Shown piece by piece: positions 62,871 to 64,000 of a stretch of DNA of 64,000 bases (position 1 is the first letter of the stretch; each line of letters starts with the position of its first letter). The notes under the pieces were generated by a model. The model was not told where the DNA came from and did no database searches. It saw nothing but the letters and a program-made list of their open reading frames with translations. The DNA comes from Gracilinanus agilis (taxonomy: Eukaryota). The translations under genes were made by a program, and so were the position numbers. The stretch spans positions 506,666,698 to 506,730,697 of the forward strand of contig NC_058131.1 in NCBI RefSeq assembly GCF_016433145.1, given 5' to 3'.

Positions 62871-64000
62871 AAAAAACTGTGTCCCTTAAAATGGATTTAT
62901 GATAATGACCTTAGCAGAGCCACTATAATATAGCATATGTTACCTAACTTGACCACTTGCCAATGCCTAAGCTCAGTTCACTTTTATTGTTTTGCTTTAA
63001 TATTTGGATAAATTTCTTCCTAGAAAAGGTAGACATTTGTGTCAGCAGGGGTTAATGGATGCATAGATATATAAATTGATTTTTTAAATTTTGTAATCTA
63101 TAGATGGATCTCATTTTAAAAACTTGTACATTCCTCGAATATTATATATAATTTAACTTTTGCCAAGGAACCCCAATTTCCTACTTGCTTTTATTTTAAT
63201 TTTAGGAATATTTTAACTTCATTCCTGATTGAACTTCAATAGTGATTCCTAACACTTGAGCCTAAAGGTTTCTGTTTCACCTGATCTCCAGAAGAAAGAA
63301 TACTGAATGTGGAGACTGAATTCCAATTGTTCAATTTACTAGCACCATGACCTTGGGCAAACTACTTGCCCTATCTGGCCTCAGTTTCCTTCTGTTAAAA
63401 AAAAAAAAGAGGGGTTGGATAATCTCCACAGATCCTTCCAGCTCTAAATTGTATGAAACTTATAATCATCTGTGTTGAAATGCCTGAAGCATTGAGAAGG
63501 ACCATTTTTTTTAAGACACCCTGTGGCATATTTTTTAAGTAATCGCATCCCAGTGTATCTATTATGTCTTGTAGATTCAGATTTTCTAGTTTTCTTAATT
63601 AAGAAAACTTGTATAATCATTCTTCTGACAATTTAAATAACCTCTACCTTCATTACACATCTTTCTCCAGTTTCATAGGATTTTAAGTGAGAAAAGTCTC
63701 ATAGAGAAAATGTGAGTTAATAGCTTAGAATATATATCTCTCATATGCTAGCACTTTTCTACCACAGCTATATGTTGATCTATATTTATAACCTGTCCTT
63801 CCTAAAATTTATGGGTTTAAAGAAAAAAGGGACTTTTGAGGGCACCTGGTTTAACTCTAATTTTACAGATAAGAAAACTGGGGCCCAGAAATTTTGTTAC
63901 TTGCCAAAGGTCATATGTTTCAAAAAACAAGGATTTGAACCCAATTCCTCCAACTCCAAAGCTAGTGTTCTTTCCTCCAAAACATGCTGCCTCTCCATAC

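Noticed and set aside
52396-64000. Upstream UNC79 exon (AWNPIHCQHIEC...KPAVK)
   Set aside because: Searched by eye and not found; it presumably lies beyond the window. The exon after LLWLH was likewise not found in 1-703.
1-64000. CRISPR arrays, rRNA, snoRNA, prokaryotic systems
   Set aside because: This is a mammalian intronic sequence. No regularly spaced repeats, rRNA similarity or convincing C/D or H/ACA box layouts were seen.

Overview
This is a marsupial genomic window, most likely the opossum Monodelphis domestica, judged from SINE1_Mdo-type and MAR1-type SINEs, L1_Mdo-type ends, extreme CpG depletion and high AT content. It lies entirely within the UNC79 gene (subunit of the NALCN sodium-leak channel complex), which runs on the minus strand. 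I resolved 8 coding exons by hand with canonical GT-AG junctions and consistent phases (89+41+29+239+172+231+191+124 = 1116 nt, 372 codons, MCIDPS...LLWLH). The flanking exons lie outside the window. The rest is intronic and mostly transposon-derived: L1, L2, CR1/L3, RTE/BovB, SINEs, hAT MITEs and ERV remnants. The most unusual items are: (1) an orphan intronic CpG-island-like promoter at about 24.9-25.5 kb with E-box, GC-box, tandem NRF1 and ETS motifs and no recognisable gene; (2) an old L1 carrying both a TSD-bounded L1 3' transduction and a locally templated inverted duplication; (3) an in-frame exon beginning with a perfect 5' splice site (recursive-splicing type); (4) a candidate 15-nt frame-preserving microexon; (5) ERV env remnants with a CWVC motif. 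Family names and homologies come from recalled consensus sequences, not database searches. Many repeat boundaries are approximate.
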